64,000 nucleotides of DNA, from the NCBI GenBank assembly GCA_003427395.1, contig BFEA01000003.1:6476208-6540207 (forward strand), read 5' to 3'. The DNA is from Chara braunii (taxonomy: Eukaryota; Plantae; Charophyceae). Positions 51,481-62,898 of the stretch are shown here, piece by piece. Every line of letters starts with the position of its first letter. Within the stretch, counting starts at the first letter, position 1. A program made the position numbers and the translations under genes. The notes under the pieces are model-generated. The model was not told the DNA's origin. It made no database searches and saw nothing but the letters and a program-made list of their open reading frames with translations.

Positions 51481-53567
51481 ATTCGAGCAAACACAAACTC
51501 GGATGCCTTAGTGCCAATTGCACTCATCACTCTGCACAGGGAGTTGAAGGGAGTGAACTTTTCTATAGAAATCTTTCTGAAAGCACTCAATATTATGGCC
51601 AGGCGGGCGGGTGGATTTTGGACAGAACTGGTACCTATTAAGATCGAAGGGTGTTACAGACAGTGGTAGACTACCCAATCATGGGCCCGGCGCAAAAACT
51701 GATCTTAGAAGCCTAGTCAGAAACCCGTTTTTCCAAGTGTTTTCCAGATCCAACTGCAGTAAGTACTCGCCGAACACAGGTAGGCCCAGGGTATACGGAA
51801 TTCTTGGGGACCAAAATAGAAGAAGGGGCCTGGCATCTGCTCTTCTGTTTTTTTCAGAAGTCCGGCTGTGAAACGGTAAGTACCCGCCGAAGACGACCAG
51901 GTCAAAATATATCGCCACCAATCCAAGAACCAAGACTAAAAACTTTAAGACAAACGACGATGCGGCACCTACGCCCGGAAGCTTGGCAACACAGCAACAA
52001 AGAACAGGCATACGACAGAGACAGTGCAAAAGAGTCACGCGACACTCGTGCTCGAACACTCAGATGGCACAGAGAACGCGTCTCCTGGTGTCTCTCAAAT
52101 ATTGTCACCATTTTTGCGGTTACTTTCTGCATTTTTATTTCATTTTTAATTTTGTTTTGTCTTTTTTTTTGCATTATATCGGAGTCTACTTGGGAAACGT
52201 GTTCTCACGACACGGAACTCAGGGAGACTAGTGGTTTGGAGAGTACTTAAAGAGCATGAAGCTAGAGCTTCGAAGCAGACTGGGCAGCGTGGGGTAGATT
52301 CTGAAGGTCTGTCGCATGGGGTATTCCCATCGCACATACAATCATTATGTGGTTACTCTGTGAGATTAAAGCCTCGACTACATTGTTTTTTGAGTATTCA
52401 TCTCTCTGCAGTCGTGACCTCCTATCTGCTCCTTACCCCCTAAAATCTATCCACTAGTTCTCATCTCGGCGCCCCCGTCAGGCAGTGCTCCCTAAGCCCT
52501 CCCCAAGGTTATCCCCCCTGTGCAAGACTGGGCGGCAAGTACACGGGGTGTCATACTGTAACGTCAACCGAGCGTGTGCACAACAGCATTAGGATCGACC
52601 GGAATCAGACCCGCAACCTCTTGGGTGCACCATCTGAGATCCAACCAACTGATGCACCACGCTTACCCCTGCTCTGGGGGCACGGTAATCTTCTCTGTAT
52701 CATTCCAATGGTATCGAATGACACCGTCCGGAATAACTCCTAGTTTAGTTCTGGCGAAAAGTGTACACTGAGATCTAAAATAAGAAAGATGGTTGCTGTA
52801 AACCGTTTAACAGTTTATGTTTCAAACCTGTGCGGATGTCCATTAGAAGAGCTGTGATACTGTCTGAACCTCTGCAGAGTCTGACATGGATAATGGCAGC
52901 ATAGTGACTGTCCTTGTTTTCGGTCTGCTGATGACGCTCAAATAGAAATGAGATTGTTGCCCTTTTCGATTGATCCAGCTCATGTGCCTGAATGGTGCAC
53001 ACATGGAACCATGACAACACCAGTAATTCCGGGCGTCCTCTTCCCAAAGCGGATTTGAGCTGCATGCCAAAGAAAGACTGGACCAGTGTGTAAGCCTTTT
53101 TTCTTTTTGGCTGGCACCGGCAGCTATTTCGGCCTGGACTGGAAAGCCCTGGAAGATGCGGCCTTGCTATGTGGCGCAAGCACTGCTGCACACCTGAGAA
53201 ATTTAGATGTGAAAAGGACTGGTATTTTAATACAGAGCTAATATGAGCTTGAAGGGAAGAGCTGGGGTGGGTCGTGTCGCCCTGTAACTCAGCGTTGGGG
53301 GTGTGAGATGGTAGAGTCCTGCAGTGGCATGAGGACATGGAGCTCAAGGCAGTCTCGGTTGGCTTGGTGAACAGTGCTAGCCTAAGGATAACTTGGTCTC
53401 AGTTTCTGACGAGCTTCAGTGATTATAATGACAGTTGTGTATCATCTGTGCTTTGGCTTGACTCTAGGGTTTTGTTGTGGGTAGCCATTTTTTTCTGAAG
53501 TTTGTCTCTGAGTCAGTAATTTTCTGAATAGCTCAAAATTTTCTTAGCCGAGGCCGGGTAATCGCCC

Positions 53568-53603
<36 letters not shown>

Positions 53604-55164
53604 CGCCCTTGTGTCTCAAACTTTCAATTCTCTGTAAGGTTCCGTATCCGGTGCCGGGCCCGGTTCCCATCACGTGCCGCTCCCCATGAATAGATTGGAG
53701 CCTTGTCCCAAGTGAAAAACAAAAGAAAGAAAGGAGTTTGAACTTTGAAGGGAATAAGATGGATAGAATAAGGTTAGGTGCTTTTGGGTGGGCTGGGAGA
53801 ATTAACGTGGGGCAGGGTAGGGAAGGTGGCCTATAATGTCAGGACAACCATTGGCCGCCGCCGCCAGCGATCACACCGTACGTCTGGTCCTTGGCCTTCC
53901 TGGTCCTTGGCCTCTACAACACCCTGGGCTTTACAAGGGGCGCGGGGAGAGAAGACAAAAAAAAGAGTGCTTTTACCCTGCACAAAACAAAAAAGAAAAG
54001 AACAAACAGTAATGAACCTGAGATGCACGCTCTATGAAAAGCTTGATTGCAAAATGCAGTCGTGGATGCAAAGCTCAGCCATGCAACAACTACCAGGCCC
54101 GGCAGGCCGCTTTTCGATTTTTGAGTGAAATTCGATCTGCTCTCAGACTGCCTGCTCGTGGAATCATGATGGGAAATGGTGCACCCATTGGATTCAGTGC
54201 CGCTCCAAAGGAGCCTTCAAGTTGGCCTCTTCTCAAAAATGCATTGTCGCGGGTGTCCCCCAACCTTTTGCGTCCTGGGGTTGGGGTTGGGGGTTGGGGT
54301 GGAAGGGGCCTATGAGGGTATGGGGGCAAGCGGTTCACACAGGCGTGTGATAAGCCAGGATCCGTACTCAACGGTTTCCCGTAAGGGAAAATCCCGCGTA
54401 AAGCCCCGAAGTACGGATTCAAGATAATAGGGAAGAACGGGGCTTCATTTCTATTTTTTTTCTCTCTTTCTTTCTTCCTTTCCTTTTTTTCCTTGACCAA
54501 AAGAGGGACGGAGTAGAAAATGTAATTCGGGTCTCGTGCGGCCGGTTAGCAGCCGCGCCAAGAAATTCAAGAAGCGGTTGGGAATTAGCGGTGGTAGGAA
54601 TTGTGAATTTTTGCGCGCGCGGTTGTTTCTTTTGAATTTTTGCGCGCCGCGTAAACCCGTTCTCCCGCTCTTCATCCCCGCACCATCTTCCTTTCTTGCA
54701 GCACATCCCCTTCCTGCATGTCTCTTTGTCTTCCCTCTAAGCGAAGTCCGATCCCCCCCCTTCTCCTTTCCCTGTGAATGATTGGCTGTCTGATTGGGAT
54801 GGTCGGGGCAATGTGGTGGTGGTGGGAAGAGCACCCCACTTGGACAACCACCCCAATCACGCAGATCATCCGACTCGCCTACTTCGATTCGTCTAGAACC
54901 TCTGCCCTTCTTCTGTCTTGCTCATCTACGCCCCGTGCTTCGCGCAGCCTCCCTGCCGCTTTCCACGCTATAAATTCTCGCAACCCCTTCCTCTCACTCT
55001 CTTTGATCTCGGCTGCAAGCTGTGCAAGCTATACGTGAAGCCCGCAGCGCCGGAAAGGCTCGACGTGCCCCGTGGTGGACGGAGTGATGGCGGGTGGCGG
55101 AGTTAGCGGTAGACTTGGGGTAAGGCAGCCGGAGGGACTGAGCGGTGGTGGAGATCAGATGCCG

Positions 55165-55878
55165 GCAGCGGCAGCGCCTTGTGGCTATGATTGTCGGTGG
55201 TTTTGACGGTTTGGGGACTGGGCCTGGAGCGGCCAGTGGTGAGAATTCTGTATTTTAAGACGGTTTTTTTCTCCATTACTGCTTTGTTCCCGTGTGATGT
55301 GTGCATGGCTCCAATGTGTGGGCAAATTGAATCCATTATGCATATTCGGGTGTGAAAGTCTATGGATGTTAAATGTCTCATTGAGGGATCTATGAGTAAG
55401 TGTGCGTGTATGCGCCCACAGGCCTGATAACAAGAAGTACCGAAGGTCGATTGCTTGCATGAGTGCATGAGTGCGTCGGTCCTTCCTCCTCTCATTCGCC
55501 TTTTAACCCGCGTGGGTGTGCAGCGGCAGGGCCTTGTGGCTATGGTTGTCGGTGGTTTTGACGGATTGGGGACTGGGCCTGGAGCAGCCAGTCATGAGAA
55601 TTTTGTATTTGAAGACAAGCTTTTTCTCCATTGCTGCTTTGTTCCCGTGTGATGTGTGCATGGTTCCAATGTGTGGGCAAATTGAATCCGTTATGCATGT
55701 TCGGGTATGAAAGTCTATGGATGTTGAATGTCTCATTGAGGGATCTATGAGTAAGTGTGCGCGTATGCGCCCCCAGGCCTGATAACAAGAAGTACCGAAG
55801 GTCGATTGCTTGCATGAGTGCATGAGTGCGTCGGTCCTTCCTCCTCTCATTCGCCTTTGAACCCGCGGGGGTGTGCAG
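55165..55878. repeat. 355-bp tandem duplication inside the LTR
   Basis: Copies start at 55165 and 55520; high identity throughout. Confidence 0.95.
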
Positions 55879-56114
55879 GATACGCGCCAACCTCCTTCCG
55901 ACGTCTCTCTCTCTCTCTCATCGTGCGCAAGTCGGGTCTCCGGGGGGAGGCGGATAATCTCGAATAGAGCGGTCGTTCGCGTTTCCTCAACACAGCCGAC
56001 CTCTCCGCGCCCACCCCGGGGTCCCCGACAACTCGTTCAGGTTGATGCTACAAGGAGAGAGACATAGAAAGGGAGCTAGGCGCATACTTGTCGGTGAGAT
56101 TCGTTGGTCTTTGC

Positions 56115-56564
56115 ATGGAGTCGGGTTTCATCTCGACAGACGGGAGCGCTGGCCGTGGCCAGAGCTCTGACTTTGTCCCAGGGCATCGCAGCACGCTTCG
56201 GCCCTTCCCGATCGCAGACGACGACGGCGTATACTGCGATGCGGATGTGCGGAGCATACTGCGGCGCATTGAGCCAATCCATCTTTATAACCCGACCCAG
56301 GCGTGCCACATAGGAGGGAGGTTTGTGCTGATTGAGCGATTTTCTTCCTCGCCTTTAATCATGCCTTGCACAGACCTCACGGTGTCCCCCTGGTCTGCTG
56401 TGCACACCGCGTGGCGGGCGCAGTTTATTTGCCACGGGTGTCGCCAGGGGGACTCATGCTCGCGGCGACGGTTGGTCCTGGGTACAAAGGAGCCGTCCGC
56501 TTCCTCGAACTCTCCCGCACCGTGGGTGCCCTCCCCGCCTGTTTTCGAACCTGGGTTCCATTGA
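56115..56564 (+). CDS. LTR-encoded hypothetical protein (149 aa from ATG) with a 4-Cys domain
   Basis: Uninterrupted ORF; homologous at protein level to the ORF in the solo LTR (28909-29412). Confidence 0.72.
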   Translation: MESGFISTDGSAGRGQSSDFVPGHRSTLRPFPIADDDGVYCDADVRSILRRIEPIHLYNPTQACHIGGRFVLIERFSSSPLIMPCTDLTVSPWSAVHTAWRAQFICHGCRQGDSCSRRRLVLGTKEPSASSNSPAPWVPSPPVFEPGFH

Positions 56565-56925
56565 CCTGCCCGACCCCGGGCAGACCTGTGTCGTGCCGCC
56601 TGCACAGACTTAAAAGGTTGGACGTCGAAGCCTGAACCCGATTTCTGGGTCTCCGCCCCCAAGGGCCGCACGAACCTGGTGCCTAGGGGAACAAAGCTCC
56701 GTTCCCGTCGGCTTCGTTTCTCCCTTCCCCTCTCGTTTTCTTCTTTTTCCTTTGTCAAGAGGTGATCCGGTCGGGCCGTAGGACACCGTTATTCGCCCTC
56801 GGCCTGAAGCAAGAGTCCCCCGTTTCGTCCAGGTGGTTCAACCCCCACGACCAAAAATCCTCGGTCACGCCCCTAACTACTCTGATCGGCGTCCGAAGTA
56901 CAGAACGCAGCGCGGGGCGTGAGGT

Positions 56926-56937
56926 TGGTATCAGAGC
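56926..56937 (+). promoter_or_regulatory. Primer-binding site complementary to initiator tRNA-Met
   Basis: TGGTATCAGAGC. Confidence 0.93.
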
Positions 56938-57106
56938 TGATTTGTTTCGGCTTCGAGCCTTCGAGGTCTCCTTTGGGGGCAACTATCCATTTAGTTGAAT
57001 TTTCTTATTATTTGTATAAACCTTTTTCTTTTTGCCCAGGCACCGCTGCCCCGCGAACGCCTATCACAACCAACCAAAGGGGCGGGGGTGAAACCAACCC
57101 CACGCC

Positions 57107-58217
57107 ATGGTGGTCCTGATGGAAGTTTTCCTGGAACCAGGACAGGAAGTGGATAATCATGCAGGACTGGCGGACCATCCCCTATACTTTGTTCCTCCTC
57201 CCTCCGAAGTCCCCATCTTCTCGGAATATGAAACGGACCCACGCACCTGGCTGGCGGCCCTGAAGGCTCAGGGTTGGATGGACCAGTTGCTTCGAGAACA
57301 GATTCCGGGAAGGTTAGCTGAGACCGCGTTTGAATGGTATGGACAAAACCTCTATACCAATTGGCCCACCTTCCAGAGGAAATTTCTCGAACGCTTTGAT
57401 CACATCGCGCCCGGGCAGTGTTTACGCCTAATTAAAGAATATACGCAACAACCCTGTGAGACTCTGGCTAGGTGCGCGGAGCACTTTACCTACTTGGCTG
57501 AACGCTCTAGGGTTGATAAGAAAATGGTGCAAACCGATTTTGTCCGCAGATTATCTGATTCCGGATTGCGGAAAAAGATCAGTAAGAAATACAACCCAAT
57601 TGAACATACCTTAACTGAGCTCATTCAGTATGCTATCAAGTATGAAAAATAAAACTATGATGTAGGTTTGGATTCAGAATCCGATGACGATAACCCCATT
57701 AGGTGTCTGGCGCGATAGCTATTCCTCTACGGCTCGGATGTTCGAAGATTGCTTTGGATTAGGAACGACCAAGAAGAATCTCGACCGAAGAGCCCCATCT
57801 TCTTCCTCGGCCTCCCGCCGCCCCCTTACGATGCAAGGAGGACGGGACGTAGACAAACCCTCAATGAGGGAGATAGTCGCACAACTTGTGACGATCGTGG
57901 TGCTTTTAACCGAGTTTGTTCAAAGCTTGCAGAGGCAAAGGGCGGCAGTGGCACAGAGACAACCAGTGGCCAGAGCCGCAGGGGCAGCGCTGCCTAGACC
58001 TGCTGTAGTCGGAGCTACTCAGCCTATCCGATGTTATAATTGCAATCAGCCCATACACTTGCCCAAGGACTGTCCGTGACCCCATGCTCGGGTAGGGTTT
58101 GCTGGCCCATCCCAGATCCCCCTGGTGGCTCCAACAGTTGTAGGATAAGGGGGGGTGGCGACAATTATGAATGCGGGGACCCCAGACATGGTGGCCCTGG
58201 CGGCTGCTGAAATTGGG
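57107..58217 (+). pseudogene. gag: Gypsy gag remnant
   Basis: Retrotransposon gag-like LAETAFEWY...WPTFQRKFLERF; CCHC knuckle CYNCNQPIHLPKDC near 58032-58073. Confidence 0.88.
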
Positions 58218-59718
58218 ATCGATGAATATATGGCGGCTGCGATGCTCGAACCCGGAACCATTGGCGTAATCCGCCATACCCCGCGGGTTACTGGCGAAAG
58301 CAACTAAACAAGGAGTTGTCGGTTTTCACCGAGAGCACGATGGCTATGAGTTGACTGTCCACTGGGCTTATCGGTTCGTTTTCCGTTTCGCTTTCTTCCC
58401 CGAGTTCGACTTCGACCGAGGGTTCTACCAAAAATGCTTGTAGGAGTTCCCTCAGGTCCCATGCACTTTCAAAGGTCCTAGGTTGAAACGCTACCTCTTC
58501 TTCCAAAAGCATTGCAGCCTTGGTGTCAGTGAGAAAGGCTTGCGGGGGCCTAAAATACAAATCGCATAGCCCCCTAAGCTCGACAAATCTCTCCGAGAGG
58601 GAGTCCGTTCTGAGATACAGGGACGCAGGGGGTTCTAGGAGGTCGATTATCCGTGACACCCTTAGCAAAGGTTCCCCTCTCACGGTAGAGGAGAACATCT
58701 GAGACGGTGAGACCAACTAGACTTTCTCTGGATAATCCCCGTGGACACGTGTCGCCCAAGTTGGCGGAACCGGTCTTGGATTCATATCGGATATCGGTCG
58801 AGTTCGTCTGAATCCTCGGTTTCCATTGCGGGTCTTTCTTCGCCCCTTGACACCCATCGAACCATGTTAACTTTGCGAACCTCGGTGAAAATGTGAGGGG
58901 CTGGCTGTGCGCGTACACGCGCATCCATCCTCATGGGTATCGTTTGGGGCTTATGGTGGGCCGAGGTGAGCACTATTTTAGAACTGTTAAAATGCATCCG
59001 CTCCCTCACGGGATTCCTAGGAACACATCGTACGCCTGCACATCCAGTACAATCGCGTCCCATAAGCGATGCACCTGCCCGACTCTTATAGGAACATCCA
59101 TAATCCATCCTTTACAATGAATGTTGTCCTCTGTGGCAGATACATACAGCTCGTCGGGTCGGAGGGGCTGAACCTGTTTCTCCCGACCCAAACGCTTCGT
59201 CAAACTCCAAGAGACAGCTATGGCCAACGGTCCAGAATCTGGGATGGCGGCTGAGGGGCTTCTCCAGGCCTCGCAGTCACACTCGACACTCTTCTAGGTA
59301 ATCGGGTAAGCCTGAAGAAACACCTCGGGTTTCTCTGGAGGTGGATCTACGGCGTGGATCATGTCGACCGGTTGGCCTCGTGGGTTTTCAAAGTTGAGGG
59401 TTAGGCCTCGACCACCACCGATGGGTCGTTGATCACCAACTTCTTACCTCTTCGACCCTCTTCAAACGGCGCCGGTTCTTCAGGTGTCTTTCAATCAATT
59501 TCTCGTTGGCAACCTCTGAAATGGTCACCAGGTAGGGAATAGGTTCTGCCATACTGGTATCCGTAGATCCAGAGCCTTCAAGGCAGCTAGTACGTCGATT
59601 TGGCCATCCTTGTACTCGGGACCCTGTATCGTGGGGTCTTTGAATCCGGGTCTCAGAGGAAACCGCCCGGGTCCCAACTGTCATATCAACGGTCTCCCTT
59701 CCTAGTGGGAGCATCGAT
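58218..59718 (-). pseudogene. Inverted pol segment containing the aspartic protease
   Basis: Minus strand reads AAIPDSGPLAIAVS (DSG at 59239-59231) ... DVPIRVG...AIVLDVQAYDVFLGIP. Confidence 0.88.
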
Positions 59719-62700
59719 ATTCAGATACTTGCCCATGTACCTAGCGAATATCGACACCTCCTCCTTGCGGTAATATGGTCTTACCCCAAGGCGGTCAGTA
59801 TCCAAGATCACGATATAGGACTGGCGCACCTGATAAGGCACACGATTGATACCGGGGACCACACCTCAATACACTGTCGACCGTACCGCTACTCCTTAAA
59901 GGAACGACAACTAGCCTTGGAGAGGGTACGGGAGTTCGAGTGTCTAGGATGGGTGGAACCCTCCCTATGTCCCTGGTCGTTCCCTGTGATCCTCGTGCCG
60001 AAACAAAACGAGACAGTCCGCGTTTGCATTGACTATCGGAAATTAAATGCAATTACCACCAAGGACGTTTATCCTCTGCCTCGCATCAATGATCTTTTGG
60101 ATGCCATTGGTTTTGCACGAGTCTTCTCGAAATTCGATATTCGACACGGGTTTTACCATGTTGCAGTCCGACTTGAAGACAGACCCAAAACGACCTTTCT
60201 CTTATTTGAGGGCACGTGGCAGTGGATCAAATGTCCTATGGGAATGTGCAACACACCCGGGACGTTCCAGCGAGCCATGAATATGGCTTTCGCAGAATTT
60301 GTTAACAAAACCCGCCTGACCCAACCCCTAGTAAATTTTTGTGTGATTGTGTATATGGACGATATTTTGGTTTTTCCAAAACACATGAGTGTCATGTGGA
60401 ACATGTCGAGTGGGTCTTGCATGCATCGAAAATCGCGGGGTTCAAAGTGGCTTTGGAGAAAAGCGGGTTTTTTCTCTCGGAAGTCTCATTCTTGGGATAC
60501 ATCGTCGCGGTGGATGGCTTGAAACCGGATCCAAGGAAGGTGGCCGCTGTACAAGAGGCACCGGTGCCGGTCACAGTCACTCAAGATCGAGCTTTCCTTG
60601 GCCGAGCTTCGTACTATCAACGATTCATCCAAGGGTTTGTCGGCATCGCCAAACCTCTGACCAATTTGCTGAAGAAGGAAGAACAGTCGATCTGGACGCC
60701 GGAGTGCGAGGCGACTTTTCGGGCGCTTAAAAAGGCCCTGACCACTTCTTCGATCCTGGCGCGATCAGATCCGACAAAACCGTTCGCTCTGCACACTGAT
60801 TGGCAGCCGCAGATAATATCGGCGGTGCTGACTCAGCAGGGAGCAGACGGGAAAGAGCACGTCATCGAGTACGCATTGAAGACACTAAGCCAGACGCTAT
60901 GAAATTTTGAAGCTTGCAAGGGCGAGTGTTTGGCGGTGGTGTGGGGAATCCAATATTTTTGACCGTACCTTCACGGCCAGAAGTTTGTCATCGTGACGGA
61001 TCATCAACCGTTGTTGTCCTTGCGAAACAACACAGATTATACGAAACCTTGGGAAGGTGGGCAGTGAGGTTGCAAGACTACAATTTTGACATCCACCATT
61101 GCGCGACCAAACAACACGGAAACACGTACAGACTGACCCGCCTCCAGCCACCGAAGAAGTGCCTACTGAACGAACGACTCATTCCGTGGAAGGAAGCTTT
61201 GCCTTCGACGAAGCCTCGCTACGGAGAAGTACAAGTCGTTCGCAAACCCCCTTAAGGCAACGACTACCCTTTCATCTTACCCCGACTTTTCAACCCACTC
61301 CTCTACCCCTCACTCTCCCTCTAGCCTATCTCTGCATTCCTGTTTTTTCTGCACCTTGCCTATGATACAGGACCGGGGAGATTCACACCCTGGAGGACCT
61401 AGTGTTCTCTCATGGGTGGGATGCGGTCAATGTTGCGTGACGTGGTCCCACAGGTGTTGTATTAGGTACCGGAACGAGAAGAAGTAGGACTCCCCCAACT
61501 GTTGAACAGACCAAGTACCCACGGAGAAGCGAATGTATAGAGGCTAGGACCAAGGACGAATTTTTGCCAAGCGTCCGTAGGGCAGAGGTTTGGACGGATA
61601 TCCTCCTATTGAGGAGACTCAACGGAGACCCGCTGGCGAGGCTTACCAAGGCGGAACGTCGGCGAGCCACGGAACGGGCTCATGATTATCGATGGCAGGA
61701 GTCGGCCTTGCAAAAATGAAAAGACACTCATGATAGTGGGTCTAGCTTGCTGATGGTTCAACACCCTCTCGCTAGGTTCGATTGGACACGAGCTGCCTAC
61801 AAAGAGGATGCGGTCCATTTCGCGGTCAATTACACGGGAAAAGCTATAGAGAAAAACAAATGGTATTGGTCGGGAATTCGGGAGGATGTTAGATACATCG
61901 TCCAGAATTGCCCGGCATGTGCGGGCGATAAAGCGTCGGTATAAATGCCCCGAACAATGGTACCGACTAGGGTAGAACGCCCTTTTCAACGGGTTAGCAT
62001 CACTACGACATATATCAACGGCCCGAGACGTCTAGTCGATTAGAGTGAGCTCAATGTCCTTATAGTGGTCGTCGATCATTTCTCCAAATGCATCGAGGCC
62101 TATCCTATGACTAGTCGGAACTCGCAAGAAGTGGTCTGGTATATTAATTGTTTTTTATGCATGCATTTGGACGTAGAAGAGGTACACATGGATAACGGGT
62201 CAGAATTCCAAGGGGAGGTAGAGCGACATCTCATAAGGGCCGACGTTAGGATTTCGTACTCGCTAGGGCACTGGCCACTGGCCAACGGGCTCGTAGGGAA
62301 CACCAATCGAATGATTAAGACTACCCTTAGACAGAACATCACTGCAGGAGATACCGGGCCCTGGCCTGTCATAGTCAACCACATCTTAGCCGTCTATCGG
62401 GCTAACCCCCACAGCAGTATAGGGGTGTCCCCGTTTCAATTGAGAACCATTAGTGTCCCCCTTGTGCAACTGTCACCTCTAGTAGGTATAGAAGTTAGCG
62501 TGACTCGGGCTCAACACCGATAAAAGGTCCAGCATTACATGGATATGATGGCTAGGACCTACCCCACATTAGCCTGAAGGCGACATAGGGCCTTGGATCT
62601 GACACACCAGCGGCAGATCAGAGACTACGAGAACCGACATGCATCCGCTGGTCCCCTACCCCGCTATAAGATCGGGGATCTAGAGCAGGTACAGAAATCC

Positions 62701-62898
62701 GCGCGCTCCTCCAAGATCCATCCTCGCTATACTGGCATTTACGAGGTGACGGAAGTTGGCGCACAAGGCCAGCACCCCGTGAAGTTGATCCCCCGACACA
62801 ACACGCAGGCCAGGCAGTTGACTCACCACACTGCTGCCCTTCGTCTATTCCAGCCATCGCTGGATCGCAAGCGAGCTCCGGCCCCGTTGTCGGCATGA
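59719..62898 (+). pseudogene. pol: Gypsy pol remnant: RT, RNase H, integrase
   Basis: RT: HTIDTGDH, PWSFPVILVPK, CIDYRKLN, SKFDIRHGF, YMDD (60352-60363). RNase H: FALHTDW, TDHQPL. Integrase: YWSGIREDVRYIVQNCPAC, VVDHFSK, DNGSEF, PRYTGIYEV. Confidence 0.95.

Larger units (their letters stand above)
42687..52406 (+). mobile_element. Penelope-like retroelement remnant with terminal direct repeats (pseudo-LTRs), carrying nested insertions
   Basis: A ~700-bp direct repeat (copy A 42687-42753 + 45403-46033; copy B 51695-52406) encloses an ORF1-like region, GIY-YIG and PLE-type RT motifs. Confidence 0.8.
54245..56925 (+). repeat. 5' LTR of the Gypsy element (left end tentative)
   Basis: Candidate start TGTCGCG at 54245; CCAAT/ATTGG boxes at 54781-54857; TATAAA at 54969. 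It ends at the PBS. The 3' part shares CCAAAAATCCT.GG and CAGC.CGGG..GTGAGGTT with the solo LTR. Confidence 0.7.

Noticed and set aside
51887-51916. Hammerhead-like string CCGAAGA-C-GAC-CAG-GTC-AAAA-TATA-TC in the PLE repeat
   Set aside because: Two core positions are wrong and stem I does not pair; the other copy is worse. At most a dead relic.
52775-53347. 190-aa minus-strand ORF or possible host exon
   Set aside because: No recognisable domain and no supporting exon chain.
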